Shown here one piece after another: positions 1 through 7,671 of a stretch of DNA of 23,027 bases. How positions within the stretch are numbered: the first letter of the stretch is position 1; each line of letters starts with the position of its first letter. Origin of the DNA: Armatimonadota bacterium. GTDB taxonomy: Bacteria; Armatimonadota; Zipacnadia; Zipacnadales; UBA5352. The notes under the pieces are model-generated. The model was not told the origin of the DNA. It made no database searches and saw nothing but the letters and a program-made list of their open reading frames with translations. The translations under genes and the position numbers were made by a program. The DNA lies in the NCBI GenBank assembly GCA_034722055.1, contig JAYENL010000257.1:1-23027 (forward strand), in the 5' to 3' direction.

Positions 1-1
1 A

Positions 2-283
2 GCCCGGCGTGAGAAGAGCGTCGAGGAGCTTCTCGGTCGCGAGATCGTAGATCCCTACGAGGAGGAGGCGAAGGCCGAGGAGGAAGAGGCCGCTGAAGAA
101 GAGGAGGAGGTCGAGTTCGAAGAGGCCCTGCTCGGCGAGGAGGAGCCCGAGGAGGAAGAGGCCGAGGGCGAGGCCGCTGCCGACGAGGACAGGGATGAGG
201 ACGCGACTGAGGGCGAGGATGTGGGCGGGGAGGCCCAGGGCAGCGAGGCCGAAGCCAACGACGAGGCCGAGAGCGAGGAGTAG
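2..283 (+). CDS. 3' end of a gene entering the window; very acidic low-complexity C-terminal tail, product unknown
   Basis: Frame 2 is open from the window edge to TAG at 281-283: ARREKSVEELLGREIVDPYEEEAKAEEEEAAEEEEEVEFEEALLGEEEPEEEE...EAESEE*. Codon usage matches the neighbouring genes. It is absent from the ORF track because no start lies in the window. Confidence 0.75.
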   Translation, partial: ARREKSVEELLGREIVDPYEEEAKAEEEEAAEEEEEVEFEEALLGEEEPEEEEAEGEAAADEDRDEDATEGEDVGGEAQGSEAEANDEAESEE

Positions 284-326
284 GCCGTCGCCACGGATTC
301 CAATCCGCCGCTTTCGCGTACGGGAA

Positions 327-355
327 GAGCGCCCGACCGCCACGGCCGGGCGCTC
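327..355. terminator. GC-rich hairpin between convergent genes, possible terminator or REP-like palindrome
   Basis: GAGCGCCCGACCG-CCA-CGGCCGGGCGCTC, a 13-bp stem with one G.U pair on the minus strand; the U-tract is weak. Confidence 0.4.
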
Positions 356-377
356 GCGGCGTCAGGGGACGGCCGGG

Positions 378-1418
378 CTACTCCACGGCCACGGCCTCAC
401 CGGTGCGCGCGGACTCATAACAGGCATCCATGACCTTGTGGCTCCACAGACCGTCCTCGCCGGGGACGGGCGGCTCGGTGTCGCTCTCGATGGCCTCACA
501 GAAGCCCTCGATCGCCGCCTCGTACATATTGACGACCCCGGGCTCAATGATCTCCTCGGCGGCGGGCTCACGGGCCTGCTGCGGGTCGTAGCCGCCCACC
601 TCAGCCTCCAGCACCGCGCTGATCGTCCCTCCGGACTCCTGCCCGATGGTCCCCTGGGTCACCAGGCTGCCCTTGCTCCCGTAGACCTCCAGCATGTTCC
701 GGGCCGCCGAGTCCGGGACGTTGAAGAGCGTGTCCACCATGCCCACCGCACCGCTCTCGAAGTGCAGGATCACCACGGCTGTGTCCTCGGTCTCGTAATC
801 CTGCACCAGATGCTCGGTGAAGCAGGCCACCCGCTGGACCTTGCCGAAGAACAGCTCCAGCAGGTCCACGCAGTGGTTGCCCATGTCGATGAGCGCCCCG
901 CCGCCGCCCAGGGCCTGCACCTGCCGGAATGCCCCCTCAATGGGCGGATACCAGCAGGTCAGCTCCGCGCGGCCCATCACGGGGGTGCCCAGGTCGCCGG
1001 CCTCGATGATGTTCCTGATGGTGGTGTGGCAGGCGTGGAAGCGCATCATGAAGTTGGTACCGAACTTCACGCCCTCCTCGTCGCAGACCCGGATGCTGTC
1101 CTCGCATTCCGCGACGGTCAGCGCCAGGGGCTTCTCGCACAGCACGTGCTTGCCGGCCCTGGCGGCCGCCACGGTCTGCTCGTGGTGCACGTGCGTTGGC
1201 GTGGCGATATACACCGCCTCGACGGCGTCGTCGGCCAGCAGCTCCTCCACCGACGCGTAGGCCGTGACGCCGTACTTCTCAGCCACCTCGTCGAGGCGGT
1301 CCTCTGCAATGTCCTGCACTGCGACCAGCTCGGCCGAGGATGCCGGGACGATCCCCTCGGGGATCGTGCGCCGGTCAGCAATTCCTCCGCAGCCGATGAC
1401 TCCCCATCTGATTGCCAT
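378..1418 (-). CDS. Gfo/Idh/MocA family NAD(P)-dependent oxidoreductase
   Basis: WGVIGCGGIA Rossmann motif, YIATPTHVH, GKHVLCEKP, GGGALIDMGNHCVD. Start placed at ATG 1418 behind GGAGGT (ORF track starts at 1427). Confidence 0.93.
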   Translation of the reverse strand: MAIRWGVIGCGGIADRRTIPEGIVPASSAELVAVQDIAEDRLDEVAEKYGVTAYASVEELLADDAVEAVYIATPTHVHHEQTVAAARAGKHVLCEKPLALTVAECEDSIRVCDEEGVKFGTNFMMRFHACHTTIRNIIEAGDLGTPVMGRAELTCWYPPIEGAFRQVQALGGGGALIDMGNHCVDLLELFFGKVQRVACFTEHLVQDYETEDTAVVILHFESGAVGMVDTLFNVPDSAARNMLEVYGSKGSLVTQGTIGQESGGTISAVLEAEVGGYDPQQAREPAAEEIIEPGVVNMYEAAIEGFCEAIESDTEPPVPGEDGLWSHKVMDACYESARTGEAVAVE

Positions 1419-1505
1419 ATGGCGCACCTCCGGTAGTTGCTCTTTGTCATCAAATACGCCGCGCTGTCGGAGAAGTCCTCCACGACCGTGGCGCAGCCGG
1501 GGCGG

Positions 1506-2291
1506 TCAGAGCAGCACCCACGGCATCCCGGCGTCAATGAAGCGCACCGGGATGTTCGGCAGGCGCTCGGCCAGCAGTGTGGCGAGCTCCCGCACGCCGG
1601 GGTTCTCCGACGCCACGTGCGCGGTCTCAACAAGGCCGACGCCCGCATCCACGGCCGCCCGGATGGTGTAGTCCAACGCCTCCCCGCAGATGATGGCGTC
1701 GGCCTCGGCGATGACGGCCTCATCCACGGCGTGCCAGCGCTGGGCCAGCCCGCCATAGTGCAGCGTCACGCGCCAGATCGTCCTGCCCAGATCCCCCGCC
1801 ACCCGCACGGAGGGCACGCCCAGGGCCAGCTTGGCATGATCGGCCAGCTCCGCCAGCGTCAGCGGCTCGATGTCGTAGGTGCAGCAGTGGCTGCCCCGGT
1901 GGGCCTCCACGGTGAAGCCCAGCGCCTCCGCCGCCGAGTCCATCACCCCACCGGGCGCGCCGTCCCAGTTCGAGTGCGAGCGACAGATCACCATGCCGTG
2001 CTCGTCGAGGATCCGCCTGCGGGCCATGTTATGCGGCCTCTCGTCATCGGCGAGCGTGCGGAACCAGCTCGATTCTCCGCCTGAGAAGAACGGGACCTCA
2101 TGCGTGAACACGAAGTTGAGCCCCTCGACCGCCGCCTCGCGCAGCACCGCAACGGTGGGCGTCCAGGTCACTGCGATGCCGGTGACCTCGGCCTCCGGGT
2201 CGCCGTAGAGCAGACCATTTGCATCTCCCTCCAGGGCGTACTCCAGCGGCGCGATCTCCAGCACCGCGGCCTCGACTTCCCTCGCCGTCAC
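1506..2291 (-). CDS. Nif3-like dinuclear metal centre protein (YbgI/DUF34 family)
   Basis: APLEYALEGDANGLLYGD N-terminus, FTHE (usually HH), SHSNWD, ICGE, and C-terminal HVASE metal-ligand motifs. GTG start overlaps the upstream TGA (GTGA at 2288-2291). Confidence 0.85.
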   Translation of the reverse strand: MTAREVEAAVLEIAPLEYALEGDANGLLYGDPEAEVTGIAVTWTPTVAVLREAAVEGLNFVFTHEVPFFSGGESSWFRTLADDERPHNMARRRILDEHGMVICRSHSNWDGAPGGVMDSAAEALGFTVEAHRGSHCCTYDIEPLTLAELADHAKLALGVPSVRVAGDLGRTIWRVTLHYGGLAQRWHAVDEAVIAEADAIICGEALDYTIRAAVDAGVGLVETAHVASENPGVRELATLLAERLPNIPVRFIDAGMPWVLL

Positions 2292-3025
2292 GTTGTCTCC
2301 TCTTCTCCCTCATCGGGGCCGGGATTCGCCCCACCGTACTCCCTGACCGTGGACGGGACCAGCGCCAGCAGACCGGCGCCAACGTCCACAAGGCCCCACA
2401 GATCGTCCGCACTGGCGGCCTCGGACGGTGTGTGAGCCACATCCTCGCGCACCGCCCGGAAGGCCTCCACCGCGTCAGCGAGCTGCCGCGGGGCCATCCG
2501 CACGTCCACAAGCCTCCGCGCGGCCTCGACGGCGTTGCGTTCGCCGGTCGCCGCCCGCAGGCGGGCCTCCAGCGCACTCCACACCAGCACCAGCGCCGCG
2601 CGCGGCTCGCCACTGGCCTTGGCGATGATGCCCTCAATCTCCTCGACAGTCGGAGCGCCTCCGGGCAGCTCCTCCGTCTCGGCCGCCACGCGCGCGTGTT
2701 CGACCTTGTCCGCAAGTTCGCGGACCCGCTCGGACAGCTCCGAGGTGGGTGCTTCCTCTGCCGCCGGCGGGGCCTCCTCGGGCTTCTGGGCCCTCTCCAC
2801 CTCCCCGGCCTCGCGCGCAGCATGCGCCTCCTCCCGCTGAAGCTGCCGCCGGGCGAGCCACGCGGTGGCCTCATCGCCGTAGAGCACGATCGCCAGCAGC
2901 ACCAGCAGCACCACAGAGGTGCCGTCCACCCCGGCCGCGGGGAAGATCATGTGCACCAGGATGAGCAGGAGCACGGTCCCGCCGAGCACCTTCTGCCTCG
3001 GATCCAGCTTCGCCAGTTGGTCCAT
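2288..3025 (-). CDS. Hypothetical membrane protein with two N-terminal hydrophobic helices and a C-terminal helical, HEPN-like domain
   Basis: Hydrophobic VLGGTVLLLILVHMIFP and VVLLVLLAIVLYG, then a charged linker, then PRAALVLVWSALEARLR...FRAVREDVAH. An alternative GTG start lies at 3058. Confidence 0.7.
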   Translation of the reverse strand: MDQLAKLDPRQKVLGGTVLLLILVHMIFPAAGVDGTSVVLLVLLAIVLYGDEATAWLARRQLQREEAHAAREAGEVERAQKPEEAPPAAEEAPTSELSERVRELADKVEHARVAAETEELPGGAPTVEEIEGIIAKASGEPRAALVLVWSALEARLRAATGERNAVEAARRLVDVRMAPRQLADAVEAFRAVREDVAHTPSEAASADDLWGLVDVGAGLLALVPSTVREYGGANPGPDEGEEETT

Positions 3026-3089
3026 CTGCCTGCCCCCGCCCGCTTCAGCATTTACCACGAACGCCAGTAGATGCGCCGCGCACCGGCCA

Positions 3090-4106
3090 CTATCCTCCCA
3101 CCGGCGCAGGAATCCGGTCGAGCACCTCCGGCGCGGCCAGCTCGCAGAAGGCCTGAAGCATCACGCGCTTCCGCCGGTCCGAGACCCCGATCGCCGCCCC
3201 GTCCCCATAATCACCGAGTATGAACCCGCCCTCCGGCGTGGACCAGTGCTCCAGCAGCAGCGCCGCCTCCCGGCGGATGTCATCCTCGGTACCCAGGGGC
3301 AGCGTCATCTGGATGTCGCACAGGCTCAGGAAGCAGATACGCCCCCGGTAGCGGCACCCGATCTCCTCAATGCCGAGGTTCCGCGGCTGCTGCAGGTTGA
3401 TCACGTCCAGCCCGCAGTCGATCCACTCCTCGATGACGTCGTTCACATGCCCGCAGGAGTGCATCCAGGCGTGCATCCCGGCCTCGTGGATGGCCCCGTA
3501 GAGACGCCGGTAGCGGTCCTTGAAGAACTCGCGCCACATGGGGATGGAGATGATGCTGGCCTGCTGCGTCCCCCAGTCGTCGGTCATGGACATGCCGTGG
3601 ATGCGTCCCCGGAAGCGCCTCCCGACATTCCGCGCCACGCCCGCCGGATACTGCAGCACGCGCTCGGCCAGCTCGTGCACCCTCTCCGGCGCGGCGTGCA
3701 TATCCGCCAGCAGCTCCGTGAAGCCCCGAAGGTAGTGCATCCGCTCGAAGAGCGTGAAGCCGCAGCCGATGAGGACGTACCTGTCCCCGACCTGCTCCAG
3801 CGCCTCCTCGATGTGGGCGTAGCGGTGGTCGTCATCGGGATCGGGGAAGTTGATCTCATCCAGCAGCTCCCAGGAGGTGAGCGGATGGCCCTTGGGCTGA
3901 CCCATGTTGCGAACGCCGCTCTCCTCGGTGGGCTTGTGCCACACGCAGCCCCACTCATCCTCGTTCGGCCGGGAGGGCTCCCAGCCCGCCGCCGGCCCGC
4001 ATCCTACGCCGAAGGTGTCACTGATCCCCAGAGCCCCGAACTGCATCGGCAGCCGCCGGGGGCGCTCGAACTCGATGGCGCGGCGGACCAGCTCGTAGGG
4101 CGTCAT
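3090..4106 (-). CDS. Uroporphyrinogen decarboxylase (URO-D/MtaA-CmuA-like) family protein
   Basis: DEWGCVW, FTLFERMHYLRG, DDWGTQ, WMHSCGH, DIQMTLPLGT, GGFIL motifs. ATGA overlap with the HEPN stop at 4103-4106. Confidence 0.87.
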   Translation of the reverse strand: MTPYELVRRAIEFERPRRLPMQFGALGISDTFGVGCGPAAGWEPSRPNEDEWGCVWHKPTEESGVRNMGQPKGHPLTSWELLDEINFPDPDDDHRYAHIEEALEQVGDRYVLIGCGFTLFERMHYLRGFTELLADMHAAPERVHELAERVLQYPAGVARNVGRRFRGRIHGMSMTDDWGTQQASIISIPMWREFFKDRYRRLYGAIHEAGMHAWMHSCGHVNDVIEEWIDCGLDVINLQQPRNLGIEEIGCRYRGRICFLSLCDIQMTLPLGTEDDIRREAALLLEHWSTPEGGFILGDYGDGAAIGVSDRRKRVMLQAFCELAAPEVLDRIPAPVGG

Positions 4107-4519
4107 CGCTCGTCCGCTCCCCCAATGCAGCCCTGCGCGAACTCGACGACCTCCTGCGCCAGGGCCAGGGCCTCCTCGCTTTCCCGCGTGCCGAAGACGT
4201 TCTCCGGTCGCCCGCCCTGGGGCAGTCCGTTGGGGTAGCGAGTGGCGATGTAGTAGAGGTCGAGGTGCCCACCCCGTGCCAGGCTCTCAGGGACCTCCGC
4301 CCGCTCGGCAACCGCCTGCAGCAGCTCGGAGACGGAATGCCCCCAGGGCTCCTCGCCAAGGGCAAGCAGCACGGCCTTGAGGGCCTTCTCAGCGGCCTGC
4401 TGCGCGAAGAAGCACGCCGAGGGATGACTGCCGGCCTCCGCAAGTATCCGTCCATCCCGCAGATCGCTGCGCGCCTGATCGAGCCAGCGACGCCCCTCAG
4501 CCGTCGGATCGTGCCTCAT
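4103..4519 (-). CDS. HEPN domain protein (partner of minimal nucleotidyltransferase)
   Basis: WLDQARSDL, ACFFAQQAAEKALKA, WGHSVSELL, LDLYYIATRYPN pattern of MNT-associated HEPN proteins; overlaps the 3' end of the MNT gene. Confidence 0.9.
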   Translation of the reverse strand: MRHDPTAEGRRWLDQARSDLRDGRILAEAGSHPSACFFAQQAAEKALKAVLLALGEEPWGHSVSELLQAVAERAEVPESLARGGHLDLYYIATRYPNGLPQGGRPENVFGTRESEEALALAQEVVEFAQGCIGGADER

Positions 4520-4871
4520 GCAGCACCTCTCCTTCGCGCAGCGCCTGGCGGACCAGCAGGCTGGACTGAGTCATCTCCTCGAATTCCTCTGGAGTGTACA
4601 CCAGCACATCGCATGACAGCCGGGGCGCGATGGCCTCCCTGATCCGTTGCACGCGCTCCACGAACGGTGCGTCCGTCTCCATGACCACGATCAGGTCAAG
4701 ATCCGACGTCGCCCGGATCCGCTCGCGTGCGGCTGAACCGAAGAGGATGACCCTCTGCGCCCCCAGGTCGGCCAGCAGGGGGATGATCCGCTGGAGCTCG
4801 CGACGGATCGCCTCTTCACGCTGCTCTCGCGTGGGTGCTCCTGGATGCAGTCCGGGGCGTTCGGGCGTCAC
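4497..4871 (-). CDS. Minimal nucleotidyltransferase (MNT) domain protein
   Basis: ILFGSAARERIRATSDLDLIVV gives GS-x10-DxD, followed by DVLVYTPEEF. Start placed at GTG 4871 behind GGAGG (ORF track starts at 4898). Confidence 0.9.
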   Translation of the reverse strand: MTPERPGLHPGAPTREQREEAIRRELQRIIPLLADLGAQRVILFGSAARERIRATSDLDLIVVMETDAPFVERVQRIREAIAPRLSCDVLVYTPEEFEEMTQSSLLVRQALREGEVLHEARSDG

Positions 4872-4906
4872 GACGTCGCCTCCGTCCCTCGGTGGCACAC
4901 AGCCCC

Positions 4907-5914
4907 TCAGAACTCCGTCTTCGGCTCCACCGGTCGGCCCTCCCGCGAGGACTCGATGGCCGCCCAGCCCAGCGCCACGGTGCGGGCGCCGGAGACCCCG
5001 TCGCTTTCGGGCGTCGTGTCATTGCGCACGGCGTCGGCGAGGACCTGGAACTCCGCGGCCAGGCCCTTGGGCGCCGCGCCGGCGGGCATCTCCATCCACG
5101 TGTGCCGGTCGGTCTGGCGCAGACAGACCTTTGCGGTGGGCGTGGTGTTGGTGGCGATGACGGTGCCCTTGGTGCCCCACACGTGCAGGTCGATGTTGTA
5201 GGGATGCGCGCAGCCGAAGGAGCCCACCACGATGCCGATCGCGCCGGAGTCGAACTTGAGGTTGGTGTTGAAGTGGTCGTCGGTCTGCAGCACCGGGATG
5301 TTCAAGTGGTTGGAGTAGCAGGAGACCTCCGCCACCTCACCGCCGATCCACCGCGCCAGGTCCAGCGCGTGGCAGCCTCCGCCGATGAGCTGGTGGCGCT
5401 TCTCGGGGTCGAACCGCCACCTGTTGAAGCCGGGGATCTGCTCGTAGTTGTGGATGTAGCTGGTGTAGAGGTTGTAGGTCTCCCCCAGCGTCCCGTCCTG
5501 CGTCCAGCGCTTGATCTTCTGGAAGACGTCGTAGAAGCGAGCCACGTGCGCGGTCATCAGCTTCGTGCCGGCCTCGCGCTGGGCGTCGATCATCGCCTGG
5601 CACTCCTCGACCGTCCGTGCCAGCGGCTTCTCCATCATGACGTGCTTGCGGCTCGCGAAGGCCGCCTCGGCCATCTCCAGGTGCAGGTAGTCGGGCGCGG
5701 CCACGGAGACGATGTCCACGTCCTCGCGAGCGCACAGCTCCTCGTACTTGGTGGTGGCGAAGGGGATGTCGAACTCCTCCTGGATCCCCGTCAGCAGGTC
5801 CTCGTCCAGGTCGCAGATGGCCACAAGCTCCAGCCCCGGCACACTCACGATCTGCCGGAGCTGACTCGCGCCCATGCGCATGCCGATGATCCCGACGCCG
5901 AGTGTCTCAGGCAT
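4907..5914 (-). CDS. Gfo/Idh/MocA family oxidoreductase
   Basis: VGIIGMRMG, DIVSVAAPDYLH, KHVMMEKPLA, GGGCHALD. Start placed at ATG 5914 behind GGAGGGAG. Confidence 0.92.
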   Translation of the reverse strand: MPETLGVGIIGMRMGASQLRQIVSVPGLELVAICDLDEDLLTGIQEEFDIPFATTKYEELCAREDVDIVSVAAPDYLHLEMAEAAFASRKHVMMEKPLARTVEECQAMIDAQREAGTKLMTAHVARFYDVFQKIKRWTQDGTLGETYNLYTSYIHNYEQIPGFNRWRFDPEKRHQLIGGGCHALDLARWIGGEVAEVSCYSNHLNIPVLQTDDHFNTNLKFDSGAIGIVVGSFGCAHPYNIDLHVWGTKGTVIATNTTPTAKVCLRQTDRHTWMEMPAGAAPKGLAAEFQVLADAVRNDTTPESDGVSGARTVALGWAAIESSREGRPVEPKTEF

Positions 5915-5943
5915 GGTGGCTCCCTCCATTGAAGGTTGGCGAC

Positions 5944-6278
5944 GCGGGCGCGGCGGCGATCCGCCGCACCCGCCGGATAGCGCCTCACATGAGGCCGGTT
6001 GAGTTGCCCCTGCCGCGTATCACGAGCCGTTCCGTGGCACGGACACTCCTGTCCGTGCGCCGTTTGTCGTTCATGACGACAACCGCAATCGCCCTTCGGG
6101 CGCTCCCCGAGAGACCGGAGGTCTCCGGGGCGCCGGGGCCACGACGACAACGGCTTACGTCAACGGCCGGGCCGGAACGGAGGCCGGCCCCTCCAAACGG
6201 AACGCCAAAGGCTCGGCAACGACCCCCGTGGGTCGTCAGCCTGTAAGTCGCGGAGCGCGGCCTGCGACTGCGCTCCGC
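5944..6278. repeat. Intergenic cluster of GC-rich palindromes (REP/REPIN-like)
   Basis: Stems at 5944-5973, 6037-6058, 6064-6082, 6099-6134, 6169-6190, 6219-6236 and 6250-6278. Flanking inverted octamer CGTTCCGT (6028-6035) / ACGGAACG (6197-6204). Confidence 0.6.
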
Positions 6279-6283
6279 CGTTT

Positions 6284-6315
6284 GCTGACCGCTGATAGCT
6301 GGTAGCTGACAGCTA
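6284..6315. repeat. Tandem heptamer repeat (4.5 copies)
   Basis: GCTGACC GCTGATA GCTGGTA GCTGACA GCTA; the last partial unit contains the TAG stop of the aminotransferase gene. Confidence 0.8.
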
Positions 6316-7587
6316 CCTCAAGTACGCCCTGCCCACCTTTTTGATGGCCGCGGCGATGTCCCGCATATCCTCCTCCTCGTAGGTGGGGTGGACGGGGACG
6401 AAGAACGTCCGCTCCTCCGCCCAGGCGGCGTTGGGGCACAACGCGTGGATGTAGTCCACCGCCTCCTGCCGCGCGTTGGGGTCCCGGAACGGGTATCTCA
6501 GCGTCCCGAACCCGCGGTGCCGGCTGTAGCACTTCTCCTTGTAGCCCTGTGGCCACTGCACCGGCCCGGCGGGAACGCCCTCGGCAGCTACCGCCTCAAA
6601 GAAGCGCCGCGCCTCCACGCTCAGCCTGTCAGTGTCCAGAATGATGGGATACAGCCAGTAGGCGTTCTTGCGCTCCTCGGTGTCGATGGGAAGCTGCAGG
6701 ACGTACTCCTCGTCCTTCAACTGCTCGTCGAGGATCTTGGCGTTGCGGCGGCGCATCGGCAGGTGCCAGCTATCCATCTTCTCAAGCTGCACCAGCCCGA
6801 TGGCCGACTGCATCTCCGTCATCCGGAAGTTGAACCCGATGCGGTTGTGGATGTAGGGCAGCGCCGCCTCCAGCTCCAGCAGGCGCATGCGTTCGGAGAC
6901 ATCGTAGCCGTGGTCCCGGAATGACCGGCACTCCCAGGCCCAGTCCTCGTCGTCGGTGACGACCATGCCGCCCTCTCCGCCGGTGGTGAAGTGCTTGCTC
7001 TGGCAGAACGAGACGGCCCCGATGTGCCCGATGCTCCCGGCCTTCTTGCCCTTGTACTCCCCGCCGGGAGCCTGGGCGAAGTCCTCCAGCACCCACAGGT
7101 CGTACCGCTCTGCGATGTCCATTATGGGGTCCATGTCACACATGCAGCCGTAGAGGTGGACGGGGATGATCGCCTTGGTGCGTGGCGAGATCTTCTCTTC
7201 GATGGACTGGGGCGATATGGTGTGCGTCAGCTTCTCGACGTCGGCGAACACCGGGATGGCCCCGGCCTGCGCCACGCACATCGAGGAGGCGATGAAGGTG
7301 TAGCTGGGGACGATCACCTCGTCGCCGGGCCCGATCCCCATGCCCCCCAGCGCCGTGTGCAAGGCGGTGGTGCCGCTGGAGGTGGAGATGCCCCATTCGC
7401 GACCACACCACTGTGCGTAGGCCTTCTCGAACTTCATTCCCACTTCGCCCGTCCAGTAGTTCACCTGACCGGTCTTCAGTGGCTCCATGGCCGCGTCGAT
7501 GCTGTCCTGCTCGAAGTAGGGCCACGGAGGGAACTCCTCGGTCCGCACCGGCGTCCCGTCATCGATAGCGAGCTTCTCGTCAGACAT
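6313..7587 (-). CDS. DegT/DnrJ/EryC1/StrS family PLP-dependent aminotransferase
   Basis: SSGTTALH, GPGDEVIVPSYTFIAS, IIPVHLYG, EDFAQA, SFCQSKHFTTGGEGG (PLP lysine), GFNFRMTEMQSAIG. Start placed at ATG 7587 behind GAGGAG. Confidence 0.95.
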   Translation of the reverse strand: MSDEKLAIDDGTPVRTEEFPPWPYFEQDSIDAAMEPLKTGQVNYWTGEVGMKFEKAYAQWCGREWGISTSSGTTALHTALGGMGIGPGDEVIVPSYTFIASSMCVAQAGAIPVFADVEKLTHTISPQSIEEKISPRTKAIIPVHLYGCMCDMDPIMDIAERYDLWVLEDFAQAPGGEYKGKKAGSIGHIGAVSFCQSKHFTTGGEGGMVVTDDEDWAWECRSFRDHGYDVSERMRLLELEAALPYIHNRIGFNFRMTEMQSAIGLVQLEKMDSWHLPMRRRNAKILDEQLKDEEYVLQLPIDTEERKNAYWLYPIILDTDRLSVEARRFFEAVAAEGVPAGPVQWPQGYKEKCYSRHRGFGTLRYPFRDPNARQEAVDYIHALCPNAAWAEERTFFVPVHPTYEEEDMRDIAAAIKKVGRAYLR

Positions 7588-7671
7588 CCGCGATCTCCTC
7601 CTGAAAGTTGATGCAAACCCCTTGGGCTCCCGATGGGATAGAGTACCTTCCTGCGCACACGGCAAATCCCT

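Noticed and set aside
55..303. Ser-rich 82-aa minus-strand ORF
   Set aside because: It is the antisense reading of the Glu-rich GAG codons of the plus-strand partial gene.
195..1436. Long antisense ORFs (e.g. 195-1436, 2919-4238, 4835-5932, 9233-10438, 10408-11955, 17610-18842)
   Set aside because: They mirror well-supported genes on the opposite strand and have no recognisable motifs, as expected for shadow ORFs in high-GC DNA.
5845..6246. Small ORFs 5845-6150 (-) and 5902-6246 (+) across the hairpin cluster
   Set aside because: They are Arg/Pro-rich translations with no motif or RBS and are better explained by the palindromes.
5944..6315. CRISPR array, tRNA or known riboswitch in the long intergenic region
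   Set aside because: There are no identical regularly spaced repeats, no cloverleaf or T-loop, and no conserved core of c-di-GMP, cobalamin, TPP or SAM riboswitches that I could match by eye.
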